From: Saccostrea cucullata
Lineage: Eukaryota
DNA: 64,000 nt
Direction: 5' to 3'
Assembly: GCF_032062105.1 (NCBI RefSeq)
Contig: NW_026918737.1
Span: 62,001 to 126,000 of the forward strand
This document shows positions 10,470 through 22,253 of the stretch, piece by piece. The translations under genes and the position numbers were made by a program. Each line of letters opens with the position of its first letter. Positions within the stretch are counted from its first letter, which is position 1. The notes under the pieces were generated by a model. It was given only the letters and a program-made list of their open reading frames with translations, did no database searches and was not told the DNA's origin.

Positions 10470-11882
10470 TCAAGGCTTATTTTCCCTTTTAAAAATTGAC
10501 AACAATCGTTTGTAAAATCTAAAAACTGAAGTTTTGAATCGGTGGTCGAAAACTCCATAAATAAAACAATTAATAACATCATTAACGTATACAAGTCTCA
10601 TGGCTAAACGATAAAATGTCAGTTCCAAGTCATTCATATTCTCGCGGAAGTTTTCTTTCAATGCCAGAAATACTCCTAAAATCAGATAGGGCGTATACAT
10701 AATTATAAACACCAAAGTGACCACGAAAAATACTTTCGTGTGTTTCTTCGCCTGGCTATTAATACTGGCTCTTTTCTTTTTAATGTTATTTTTGACCTCG
10801 TGCTGAGCCGCTGGGCAAGAATTGCGACCATCATCGCTCTTTTCCATCATATCGTCAAAATCGTTTTTTCCACCAGTGGTCTGAGTTGCTTTATTCTCTG
10901 GTGTATCATATTTTGAGATATGATCGTCATGTACTTTTGGATCACCCGATATTTCCATTTTTTCTTTGATATCGATTACGCTTATAGACAAAGAATTCAC
11001 ATTGTCAGTATCACTATTGTTTGAAGGACTGTTCAGGCTATTCAAATTCTCGGTACTAACTCTTTTACTTTTGGATCGTTTCATTTGATACTGTGTCATT
11101 TTGGCCCGCTTCTTGACATGCTTTCCAATTGTTAATCCAATGGAAAGATAAGAAAACACTAACACCAATTCCGACACTACGAACACTAGTTGTAAAACTA
11201 TCAAATACATCAAAGGGTACAGACTTCCCTTCACGTTGTCGTCAAAGAAACACTTCTGAACATGCACACCGGCGGCTATTTCTGTTGTGTGGGGTCCAAA
11301 AATGAAAACAACTGGAATGGCTAAAAATGTCGCGACACTAATGACGGTCACAATGAGTATTCTTGACTTTTTAAGAGACCATTGGATTTTCAATGGGTGA
11401 CAAACTCGTTTGTATCTGTCTATTGCAATAAGGAGGAGCAGGAAAACAGAACTCATCGACAGAGCAGCGTTTGAAGATCTGAATACTTTACAAAACGATC
11501 CACTGAAAAGACCATACGGATAAAGTAAATCCAAAATTTCAAAAGGAATTTCTATACTGCACATTAGGAAGTTTATAACTGCCAAGGAAAACACAAACGT
11601 CATATAGGTAGAACTCTTCTGGAAATGTAGACCAAAAACAGCCAAAACGTGTATATTTCCAATGACTCCAATAACCATTAAAACCACAAGCATTGCGACA
11701 GTAGCCTCGATCCCATTATCTAATTGGTCATATTTGGTGGTGGCGGATCCATTCTCTAGAGGGTTAAATGTTGTGGTGGATCCATTCACCAATCGGTTAT
11801 ATGCTGTCACATCTGTCCCATTTGATAACAAGGTTGTCAAAACTGCAACACTTGAGTCTATGAAAGAAGAAGTTGTAGCCAT
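10470..11882 (-). CDS. Rhodopsin-family (class A) orphan peptide-receptor-like GPCR 1, ~470 aa, intronless CDS
   Basis: Seven TM segments; TM1 GN, TM3 IAIDRY, Cys at TM3 start and in ECL2, TM7 NDVINCFIY, long ICL3. ATG at 11882 follows splice acceptor ttttacatttcag at 11891-11903; the ORF-track start at 11927 is an intronic TTG. Confidence 0.9.
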   Translation of the reverse strand: MATTSSFIDSSVAVLTTLLSNGTDVTAYNRLVNGSTTTFNPLENGSATTKYDQLDNGIEATVAMLVVLMVIGVIGNIHVLAVFGLHFQKSSTYMTFVFSLAVINFLMCSIEIPFEILDLLYPYGLFSGSFCKVFRSSNAALSMSSVFLLLLIAIDRYKRVCHPLKIQWSLKKSRILIVTVISVATFLAIPVVFIFGPHTTEIAAGVHVQKCFFDDNVKGSLYPLMYLIVLQLVFVVSELVLVFSYLSIGLTIGKHVKKRAKMTQYQMKRSKSKRVSTENLNSLNSPSNNSDTDNVNSLSISVIDIKEKMEISGDPKVHDDHISKYDTPENKATQTTGGKNDFDDMMEKSDDGRNSCPAAQHEVKNNIKKKRASINSQAKKHTKVFFVVTLVFIIMYTPYLILGVFLALKENFRENMNDLELTFYRLAMRLVYVNDVINCFIYGVFDHRFKTSVFRFYKRLLSIFKRENKP

Positions 11883-12917
11883 CTTCACTCCTGAAATGTA
11901 AAACGTGTTTACACCTGAATATTTCAAAAATAACAGTCAATCACACTTTTTGTCCTGTTCGAAAGTACACAAACCAATTTACATCCTTCTGAAAAAGAAA
12001 CTCATAATAATAAAAAGGTTCTAAATTAGTCGGTCTTTGATTCTTTATGCAATAAAACCTGGTACACATGTACGGCAATTGGCTGTCGTCCTTCAATTGC
12101 TTTTCATAACTATCGTCAATAGCTATTCACAAGCATTTGACAAGGTGACAAAAATTGCTTCAAATATTTTGAAATAAATCTCCTTTTTTTCTCCACATTA
12201 ATGATCATTATTTAACTTTCCAATCGTGTTTTATTTGTTTCAGTTTTAATCAATAAACAATTTTAACTTCCGGCATGTTACCAAAAGTCAGCAAAATCTA
12301 GTTGTCCTATAAAACGTCAAAAGCACGTATATTTTTTAATTGTTCACTTTCTTTTGTAGTATTCCTCGCAAATTACTGTTATTTTGTAAATTAATCAGCT
12401 TACACTTAGCAGTCTGCAACATCTCTTAAACAATAACTGAATAAAGATATTATATACGTGTACATTTAAAATGAGCAAATAGTGTCAATGTGTCGAAATC
12501 TTTTCTACGTAATTTTAAGCAGATTTACATCATTCTCAGTAAAAAAAAAATCCAACCTTAATATTCCCGTGTGAAGGATGATAATTAAAGTAATTAAACA
12601 ATGTTCGGTCGTAACAAGGAGGCCATTTCTGATAATATACGTTGTTTCTTCAAAGTAGTCAGAAATAGCTCTTTAACGTTTATACTATATAAAAAGAACA
12701 TTTTACGTCATGCATGAGATGAAAGATGTATTACATATATATACATTATATATTTTTATTCATGTCTGTAATAATAGAGCAATTCAACACCCACTCTGGT
12801 TTTTGCTGACATTTTTAAAAGACATATCCGAGTACGCGCATGATCTGGTTATTAGTAATTAAAAAATTTTCATGAGGCGCAAACCATTGCTTAAATTAAA
12901 AGAAGATAAATTCAAAT

Positions 12918-12920
<3 letters not shown>

Positions 12921-12960
<40 letters not shown>
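12921..12960. repeat. (TC)20 microsatellite
   Basis: Direct reading. Confidence 0.95.
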
Positions 12961-12964
<4 letters not shown>

Positions 12965-15114
12965 AAAGTTATTTAGTCGACTACACGATGAAATGATATA
13001 AAAATTCAAAGTTTACTACGAACGTACCTCACATGGAAGAAAGAACCTCTAAAATCTCCATTCCATTTCGACATTAAAAAAAAGATGGCTGTTCTAAACC
13101 GATCGCGTCCCCAGGGCAAGAGATTATGTTTTACACTTCGACAATTGTTCGAGAGACCGTGTAGCTTGGGGTCCAATATAATATGACGTTGAACGGGTAA
13201 AAAGGAATGTGGACAAAGAAATGGCTGCATGACGCAGTCAGGCCGTAGTCTTTAGGACTCTTCTAAAAACACCTTCAAGGTAACGAGAAATTTGGTTTCA
13301 GAATTTATTAACAAATTTATCCCAACGATGGAAAGTATTATTTACATGGAGTGGCAATTAACAGTAACGGATATGGCCATTGCACAAAAACAAGGCCGTT
13401 AGAAGAAGTATATGTACCCAGCAAAATGTTTGCCGACATTATGATAAAAATATGACAGGTGTTGACAATTTGAATGAGTAAAACTAAAAAAAAAAGTGCT
13501 ATACAGGTACAGATTAATGAAATGCTTTGATGACGTGAACATAAAAAATATCCGATAATTAAATAGTTACGTTGTGTTTTCATTTAATTTAGGAATTGAA
13601 TAAAGGTCTTTGGGCATTTAAAATTGCTTTAGTTGTCCGACAAGTGTTACTCAGAAAAAAAAGATTGGTGGGGATTAAGCAATTAACATGAAAAGGATTT
13701 TTAAATTTTAGTAAATAAATTAATACTATTAAAATTCAAATAAAATATAACATTTAAAGTCAAATGAATGAAGAGTAAATCAATCGATTTCACACGATGA
13801 TAAAGGTATGGAAAAAAAAATTGGCCGAAAGAAGATGGGCGCATTTGGCGAGTGATCTGCAGGAATCATTTGTACGAAACATTTATGGTTTAAATGTCCA
13901 TGATTTGGTTGTTTGACCCTAGCTGGTCAGATTTTACAAACACGTCCATAGTTTTTTTTTTTCATTTAGTTTGAAAGACCTTGTGAAATTGTAACATTTA
14001 TGTCCGTTTTTCCTGGGGGGGTTCTATAACATAGTAGTGTTACACAAAAAATAAACACCTAAAATATTTAATGCATAGATGTATGATACGAGTACATGTA
14101 CATTATAGAATAGAAGATTAGACTTGATTTCGCTCGAGAACCAAACTGAACCAAAATTTATCTAATTCAAAGTTTTAATAAATCAGTACATAAAACGAAA
14201 ATGACAAAATAAATGGTTGTTTGCATGAAAAAAAAAATTAACGCCCCATTCCAGGCTCGAACCAAAAACTTTTCGCTTCGAGTGCATTAGACATTTCTTA
14301 GGTAACACCGCTACACATATAAAGATGATTTTAAAAGGACAAAGAAGCACCACATTTACACATTTGGGTTTTTTGGGAAAAGTTCATTTTTCGTGGTCTC
14401 TGGGTCTTCTCTCCATTTTTTAAAAAAGTGTATTTGTTTCTTTTAATTAAGATACACACAAATAACGTTTCAAAATCATGGAGAGAAAACCCAGAAATAG
14501 AAAAAGTTTAGAAAAACGTGTTTAAAAATGTACCATTTTGTACCAAATGTCTGGTCTGGCCAATTTACAAGTTATTTTTTAGCAAATCAAAGCTCAATTT
14601 CGGGAAAATATTTCCTTTCCTGTTGCACAGGAACCCGTTAAATAAAAAAATGTTAAAATTTCATGTGACGTCGATAAAATTTTCACTTTTCAATTACGCC
14701 CAGATTCCTGCCGAATGCCAATCAAAAGCGCCCTCGTTCTTTGTGGATTACTTTTAGAAAATCACGTATAAGTTCAATAATAAAACGAGAAATTACACGT
14801 TCATTTCACATATCACAACAATAATGCATATAAACGAAATATATAAAATTTAAAAGGTGCTTTAGCTGGGCCACTACGATTTGAGATTTTTTAAATTATA
14901 TAAATGTTAAGGAAAAATATATTTGATATAAAAGTCGTTTTTTTCTTAAAGTAAGTTGATTTTTTTTCGTTAACTGGCCCCTCTCCTCTACTTTCAAAAT
15001 CGATTCTACATGTACCTGCACTAATACCAAGTGCCTATATACATGTACATGTATAAAGGTCTGTAGGAGCGGCTCTATTTTTTTGCAATTTACAGGTCAT
15101 TTACCTTGGTTTAG

Positions 15115-15395
15115 GTCGCCCGCGTCTGCTCTAGAGTCGCTAAGCAAAGAATTGATCCTTAGTGTCGCCGCGGGTTCGAATACCACTGCGAGACGTGGAG
15201 ACCGGTCCTTCGGATGAGACCTTATAAACCGAGGTCTAGTGTCGCAGTAGGTGTTGGCATGAAAACGATCTCTTACTGCTCAATAGCCGTAAATGCCGAG
15301 TATAGGACAAAATTTGCATCTCTCCACTAGCAAGTGGTGGCGTCTCCATATGAGTAAAAAATTCTCGATTGGGACGTTAAACAACATACAAACAA
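15115..15395 (+). mobile_element. tRNA-derived SINE with Deu/Nin-like core (A-box segment deleted)
   Basis: B-box GGTTCGAATACC; core TCCTTCGGATGAGAC..AAACCGAGGTC; (ACAA)n tail; 12-bp TSD ACCT(T/A)GGTTTAG at 15103-15114 and 15396-15407; homologous to the copy at 34331-34674. Confidence 0.8.
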
Positions 15396-17493
15396 ACCTA
15401 GGTTTAGAGTCCCGAGGAGTACGACATTTTGTATATTTACAATATTCACCTATTTCCAGTCAAGGAACTAAATATTGAAAGAAAGGACAACGCAGAGTCT
15501 AAATACCAATATGTTTCCTATTTGAAGATATTACTGCCAATAGACAAAAAAGACAAAGTGCCAAGTACTGAGTAAACTGCATGGCAAACGAAATGACCTA
15601 AGATTTTTCAGTTGTCATCAAATCTTATTTACGTACATAGTAATATCACAGGTTTATACGTCTCCTAACTTATTCAATACTAAATTTCATGCTATTAATT
15701 TGTACGCGTTCAATGTCTAAGCTTGGACAGGCTACTGAACGACAGATAAATGATATAACAGGGGGTTTAACAAATTTAAAATCAACATTTCAATCGACCG
15801 AAACTGTAAGGATTCCATAAAATGTCGATGTTGTGAGCACCATGATACATGTTAATGTCAGATTTACCATGAACGACGTTGGTACGGCTTATTTATTAAT
15901 TTACAGCATAGCAGTTTTAAGTGTTCTGCCAAATGAAATATAAATCTCAAAATACTTGAGTATTACTCTTACATAAGAGAAGGTTCAATAAACGTTGGAA
16001 ATTGGTTGTATAAAGAGATAGAAAAAAAAAAATAATTAAAAATTGTAATTATAGAGAAGACGTCTTCTTATCATTGCAACACCTCAAGGAAGTACCATCA
16101 ATAGTAGATTTTATGTTTAATTAAGATTGCAACGAGGACAGTTCAGCAATTTTTTGGTAATTCTAAATACCAGTCCCCAAGTTCGTTTTCTTTTGTCTGA
16201 CGGCACCGCTGTAGATTAGCATAGAGTGTAAAGGGAAATATGAATACAGGAAAGTTTATAAAGATTAATCTCCAAATTCGATCGCTAGATCCTAGTCACT
16301 GTGAGATCATTTTATTCCAAAATCCCAAGAAAACAATCAAAGAAATAATTTACAGTTTTAGGTCTGTCATGTTAATAAAGCGCTTTTCATCAGCGTCTTT
16401 TGAGCATCCCTAAAAAGAATTAATGTGCTGAGGTGTTCTGACCATGATGCAAGGGAATACCGTGAGAGATATAAAAAAAAATTAGCGCACATGTTGCATT
16501 ATTTATCGAACGAGCCTCGTAAAGCTCACAGCATGTGTGAATGGTTGACAGAAGATGTTTACTCCTCTTAAGCACTTGACCGCTTGATTCCCAGGGTTCG
16601 TGATTTATTCCATCGAAAGGGCATGTTGTTGACCGCCCCTTTTTAAATTCTCCCCGATTCCCTTTTACACAAAAAAGACGTGCAGCTTATATAAGTAAAT
16701 AAATTAAGTATTAAAAAACAACAACGATTTTATATTCAAATATTCTAAAAATAGATGTATAATTATGAGTTATAGCTAACATATGGATACATGTACCATC
16801 AATTTTAATTGTATATAAGGAAAATTGATTATTAGTGCAATGAAAGGTCTGTTTCATTAAACAATCGGGTTCAATGATGTTTGCCTTGTAAGACATGCTA
16901 TCTAACGAAACAGCATTCATATAAAAAGAAAAAAAATGAGTCGAAGACCCTTTTGTTGCCCACTTCTATGTAAAGAAAGTTTTACTTAAAAAATAACAAA
17001 ATCCAACTAAATGACCTCTTCATGGACCCTTAAATTGCATTTATAGCGTTTGCCATAAACAAGTAGCCATCTCAAATATTGCAGCAACAAAGAAATTTAA
17101 ATTTTGTGAATCACTTGATTTAATCAACACTTTCCCGATTTTCTTAATCGGAGCAGAATTAATTCCTTTCAAATTGATGACTTCATGTCAAAAGTAATGA
17201 ATAATTCAGACCTATTCGTTGATAATTCCATACAGATTTCTGAGCAGTAAACACATGATACCCGAAGCATTTCTGCAAGTCTCTTTTGGTTCAAATGTTA
17301 TAATTTGAAATTTTAGGTTTTCAAAACATTGAGCATATCTTGCCATACAGAACATTAAGTAACAGTGAATATGTCATTTCATCTCATAGTCCCTGGTAGG
17401 ATTATTTTAGCAATCTTGTCCCCTTTCTTCATAAAAATAAAATTATAAAGACAATACAAAGATGCAGTTTTCTTTTACATTTCCACAATGATC

Positions 17494-18774
17494 TTAACTT
17501 TTACATAGTGTAAAAATTCGTTTATAAAATCGGAAAACACAAGTTTTAAATCGGTGGTCGAGAATACCATAAATGAAACAATTCACAACATCATTAATGT
17601 ATACAAATCTCATGGCTAAACGATAAAATGTAATTTCTACATCATTCATATTTTCACGAAAGTCCTCTTCCACGGCCAGAAATACTCCAAGAATCATATA
17701 AGGCGTATACATAACAATAAACACCAAGGTGACCAAGAAAAACACCTTGGAATTTTTCTTTGCCTGATCATGTTCAGTAGAAACGGCACGTTTGAATATG
17801 TCATTCTCGCCCTGCTGTTTACCCTTCTCGGCGCTTTTAGTCTTTATTTTATTTTTCACAGAAATAATTATGTCGGACACAGAAGTATTCGAAGTACTGA
17901 CCTTTTGTACCCAGTCATTGGTCAACTTTTGGTTTCTATAGTTTAAACCGATAACAAAAACTTGACCAGAATTAACAATATCCGTTTTGAGGTTTGCTGA
18001 ATGATTTCCACAGCATTTTGAATTTCCAATATTCAGTCTCTTCTCCTTTGGATCCTTCGCGTAATACGTCATTTTCGCCCGCTTTCTGGCATGTTTTCTG
18101 ATAGTTAGTCCAATAGAAATATAAGTGAATGCAAGAATACCAATCGAAACCACGGTTGCAATCTGTAGAAAGACTAAGTACAGCAAGGGATACATACTCC
18201 CTTTCACTTTATCATCAAAAAAGCATTTCTGTACAAGCTCTCCTGAGGAAATCTCTGTCGTATGAAGACCGAAAATAAAAACAACTGGAACCGATAAAAC
18301 AAACGCTCCAAAGACTGTTATCGCAATAAGTATTCTTGATTTCTTTATGGACCACTGAATTTTCAATGGGCTACAAACTCGTTTATATCTATCAATTGAA
18401 ATTAAAAGCAAAATAAAGACGGAACTCATCGATAACGTAGCATTAGATGATCTGAAGAATTTACAAAGCCATGCATTGAATAGGCCATATGGATAAAGTA
18501 GATCCAAAATTTCAAAAGGAATTTCTATACTGCACATTAGGAAGTTTATAACTGCCAAAGCAAACACAAACGTCACATAGGTGGAACTCTTCTGGAAATG
18601 AAGACCAAAAACAACCAAAACGTGAATGTTTCCCAGAATTCCGACTACCATTAGAATCACAAGCAAAACTATTGTCGCAGTTATTCCATTTGTCAAGTTC
18701 GATGAGCCGTGTTCCTGTAATACTGTTGTTGACCATGAAGCACTTTTGTTCAGCGTAGAAAGAGTACCGTTCAT
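17494..18774 (-). CDS. Rhodopsin-family orphan GPCR 2, 426 aa, tandem paralogue of GPCR 1
   Basis: TM regions nearly collinear with GPCR 1 (GNIHVL, LAVINFLMCSIEIPFEILDLLYPY, SIDRYKRVC, YTPY, NDVVNCFIY); splice acceptor catttcag just upstream of the ATG (18783-18790). Confidence 0.92.
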   Translation of the reverse strand: MNGTLSTLNKSASWSTTVLQEHGSSNLTNGITATIVLLVILMVVGILGNIHVLVVFGLHFQKSSTYVTFVFALAVINFLMCSIEIPFEILDLLYPYGLFNAWLCKFFRSSNATLSMSSVFILLLISIDRYKRVCSPLKIQWSIKKSRILIAITVFGAFVLSVPVVFIFGLHTTEISSGELVQKCFFDDKVKGSMYPLLYLVFLQIATVVSIGILAFTYISIGLTIRKHARKRAKMTYYAKDPKEKRLNIGNSKCCGNHSANLKTDIVNSGQVFVIGLNYRNQKLTNDWVQKVSTSNTSVSDIIISVKNKIKTKSAEKGKQQGENDIFKRAVSTEHDQAKKNSKVFFLVTLVFIVMYTPYMILGVFLAVEEDFRENMNDVEITFYRLAMRFVYINDVVNCFIYGILDHRFKTCVFRFYKRIFTLCKS

Positions 18775-21110
18775 TTTGATATCTGAAATGAGATATTATA
18801 CAATTATTGCTGTTTTTTGAGGTCAATACAATGATTTAGCCATGTGAGGAGTACAATATTCACCGAGCCCGAAAACAATAAAACAAAGAAGGTAACATTT
18901 AGATTTTAATCAACCGGAAAATAAATACTAAATCATAGTTTTTTTTTAAATGCATAACCACATCGTCACGTTTTTAAGATTTTTGCCTTCGTCTTTCAAC
19001 GCAAAAATATATTCATATATGAAGAGGATACTTCCAACTTTTGGTCTTTTTAGGTTGTTTTGTATAAATAATACAAACAAAGCAATTGTAGATATATACT
19101 GATTATCTTAGTAATCTCGTTGTAGTAGTGAAGCCCTTTTAAAATTCTAACAGAGTCTAATCCCTTTTACCGAGTAACAAAGTTTGATTTAGCTTTTTCG
19201 AGGTTGTTCACATATCCTTTGGAAAGTAGATGAAACGTGATTGTAAAAAGTAGAATGCACTACAACATAATAGACCGAAAGATAGGCAGATGTTCACTGC
19301 ATCAAATTCTGAAAAGATTTTTTTTTGCGCAAATAAGAAATCTCAAACTAAATATATTTTTTACCGATGAAATTTTTTAAAACATTCCTTTTGCAATACT
19401 TACAATACTCATGCTTTAAATGAGTCCAACCTTCCCTTTTCATTTGTGTTAAACAGAGGACCGCCAGATCAAATATCCATAAACAAATTTATTTTGTTGC
19501 TATAACTCAAACTTCACCTTCCTATCACTTGTCATTAATAATTAATATAAGAGTCACGTATAGGGAATCTGGCTTTGCAAACCAAAATAAATATACACCA
19601 TTTAATCTCACCAAAAACAATCCAAGAATTAGTTTTAGATAAATGTCTCCATTTGTATACATATCCAAAAGAACGTTCTTCAGAGAAGAAAAAGAGATAG
19701 GTATGATTGGTTATGCTGATGACTTTTGAACTGTTAGAATTGATCGAACATGAGTTCTGCTGTATATGTAACCATCTAAGAACACAGAGTCTGGACTCGG
19801 ATGTGTCCATAACTTAAATTGATTGAAAGAAAACGTTTTTTTGCAATTATATTTAATGATGTTGACTTTTGCTTCAATATGTTTACAAATGATTTGTGTA
19901 GATAATCATATTATTGAGTAGTCTGTAAGCCATTGTTATTTTCCAAGATAGAAAATTAAAGATACAAATCATTAAATTATTTCATTTCTGGAGATTTTTT
20001 AAATGAGAATTTGATGATGAACTTCGAAAAGAACAAAAAATTAATAAGAGTAAGTATGAGAGATATCGTGTATATTGGTAGCCATTTCAGAGCATTGGTT
20101 ACAGAAAATTATAAAATACCAGTCGTTTTCTACTGGCATACTGAATACAAAAAGTATACAATTTAGTCTCCAGCATCAATTTAGGATTTAATCAAGATCA
20201 CGTGATTACTCTTGTTTGGCAGAAGATAAACACGAAAAAGTGAGTTGATTTGTTGTTACATGAATATATACTAGTACCAATATATTACGATATAAATGTA
20301 AATACATGTACTTACTTTTATTATACAAATAATTTTATCCGTGAAGTTGAATGTTCCTACCATATACAACATGCCCGACTGTTTTTATTGCTTCAGTGAC
20401 ATATCTAAAATACAAACCAATTATAGTTTGCTTTTATGACTTTGAACAAACTTCATTTCAATTCAAGCCTAATTTAAAATGTTAACACTAGTAAATACCT
20501 TTTTACAGTTGCAAATACATTGTATATTCAATGTTTCTCGGTTGTGACTAGCAATCAAATTCTAGGAACATCAAACAAAAAAAAGTTACTACTCATTAGA
20601 ATGTAATTAAGTATATCCGCTTCTCAAACGTTGTTTATTTGTTTGTCCCAAAAATTTAGCTTTAAAAAGATTTATTTTCCTGTAAATATTTCTATTTCAC
20701 ACGCTTATTACGAACCAAGGCTCCTTGAAGTACATACATTAGAAATGGTCTTTTAAAAAGTAGACATTAGCATCATATAAAAGCACACAAAATTACATTT
20801 ACAGAGAAATCATTTTTCTTTTTATCTTACCTCAGATAACCCCATGACCTAGCTTCAAAACTAATGTGATACTTTTCAGACCAAATTGTATTACCCAACT
20901 GAACTATCCCGCGAGCAATTAAAACACTAATAGCATTTCGTAATTTGCTTTAGCACAAATTAATCAGAGGCTGTTCAATTCAATCATTTGGCTTACTCTG
21001 ATTTCAATTTATATTGTATGGTATGTTCCTATGAAAATACACATGCCATTAAAACAAACAATAGTTTAAAAAAAGTCTTAATTATTCAGTATTAATTCCA
21101 GTACAATATT

Positions 21111-22253
21111 TTTTTTTATTTATACAGGTACAAAATTTTATTCACAAAGTGAATGGGATTGGGCAGCAGACAAAGCCTATTTTAGCCCTCTCCCTACAAG
21201 GTCAATGTGAACACACAAACTTGATATAGGCATGAAACTAAATAGACAAACAGTTAAAAAAGAAACAAGAAAAAAAAGAGTAGGAAAAAAAAGAATCACA
21301 ATGTAGTACCGGTTAGAAATTGCTGGCAGATGTAACATACATGACAGTGTCAAATAAAACGTTTGGTTGCTGCGATGTAAGCATGTACTGCTTCAAATAC
21401 TCAGTATTTAAGTATTAATACCTTGTCCATGATTAGGACTACCATACAAAAATAAATGAAGTTCATGAATTTGATTACAATATCATATTTTGGATTGTTT
21501 GTAAAAGTACATTTCTTGGAGAGGTACAATATTTTGGACAAGCAAAAAATGATGATGAGCATCTTCAACAGAGTCTATGCAGTATTCACACATAGGTGTT
21601 TCTGATAAAAATTGGTTATTTAAGTCTGCCGTTAAATTACTTGCATTATTTCGTAACTGACAATGTATTATATTGTACTTCCTCATTCCAAAATGAAAAA
21701 TTTCTTTACCTTTTTTTTAAATACAAAAATAAGAATTAAAAAGATCTTTGAATGAAGATATTCCAGGAGCATTCTGATATAATCAGGCAAGTTATTCCAC
21801 AGTTTAACTGTTGACGGAAGGAAACTTTCCATATATGATGTAGTTTTAATACAAAAAATTTTGAATTCTGCATCATTAGTTCTAAGATTATACGGGTGGT
21901 TTGTAGGACGGAAAGGTTCAATCAAGTTATATAATTATTGAGGTGAATAGCCATTTATGATTTTATAAAATAATAGCAATTTATGAATATTCCCCCTTGT
22001 TTGTAAAAGATCCCACCCTAATTCATCATACAATTTGATCGCGAGAAAATTGGATCTTAAACCACTAATGACTCTACCTGCTTCCTCTTGAATACTTCTA
22101 AAAGTTCAATATTTTTTCAGAGCAATTGTCGTAGACAAAGTCAGAGTATTCTAAAACAGGTCTGATACTAGTAAATGCAAAATATATCTTAACAAGTATT
22201 TTCCTTTTAACTTTATATTTAAGCATTCTAAGTAAATTTAGTCTTTTTGTACT
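21111..22253 (-). mobile_element. 5'-truncated, degenerate CR1/L2-group non-LTR retrotransposon (3' end of ORF2)
   Basis: Frameshifted C-terminal motifs FLPSTVKLWNNLP and HCQLRNNASNL...C..C...ED.HH.F; AATAAA plus A-tail at the left end; 16-bp TSD ATTCCAGTACAATATT at 21095-21110 and 22254-22269. Confidence 0.85.

Noticed and set aside
11883-11927. N-terminal extensions given by the ORF track for GPCR 1 (and 25194-25229 for GPCR 3)
   Set aside because: They run through polypyrimidine/AG splice acceptors, so they are intron and UTR sequence; downstream ATGs were used.
13000-13280. GC-richer segment ending in a donor-like AAG|gtaacg; possible pseudo-exon
   Set aside because: Stops in the plus frames I translated, only a 74-aa minus ORF, and no recognisable motif.
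16495-16605. Fragments resembling a common bivalve retroelement 3' region (also 38200-38260, 41290-41330)
   Set aside because: Too short and degenerate to bound or classify without a repeat library.
19530-19815. Possible coding remnant upstream of GPCR 2
   Set aside because: No recognisable domain in any frame; could be UTR exon or decayed sequence.
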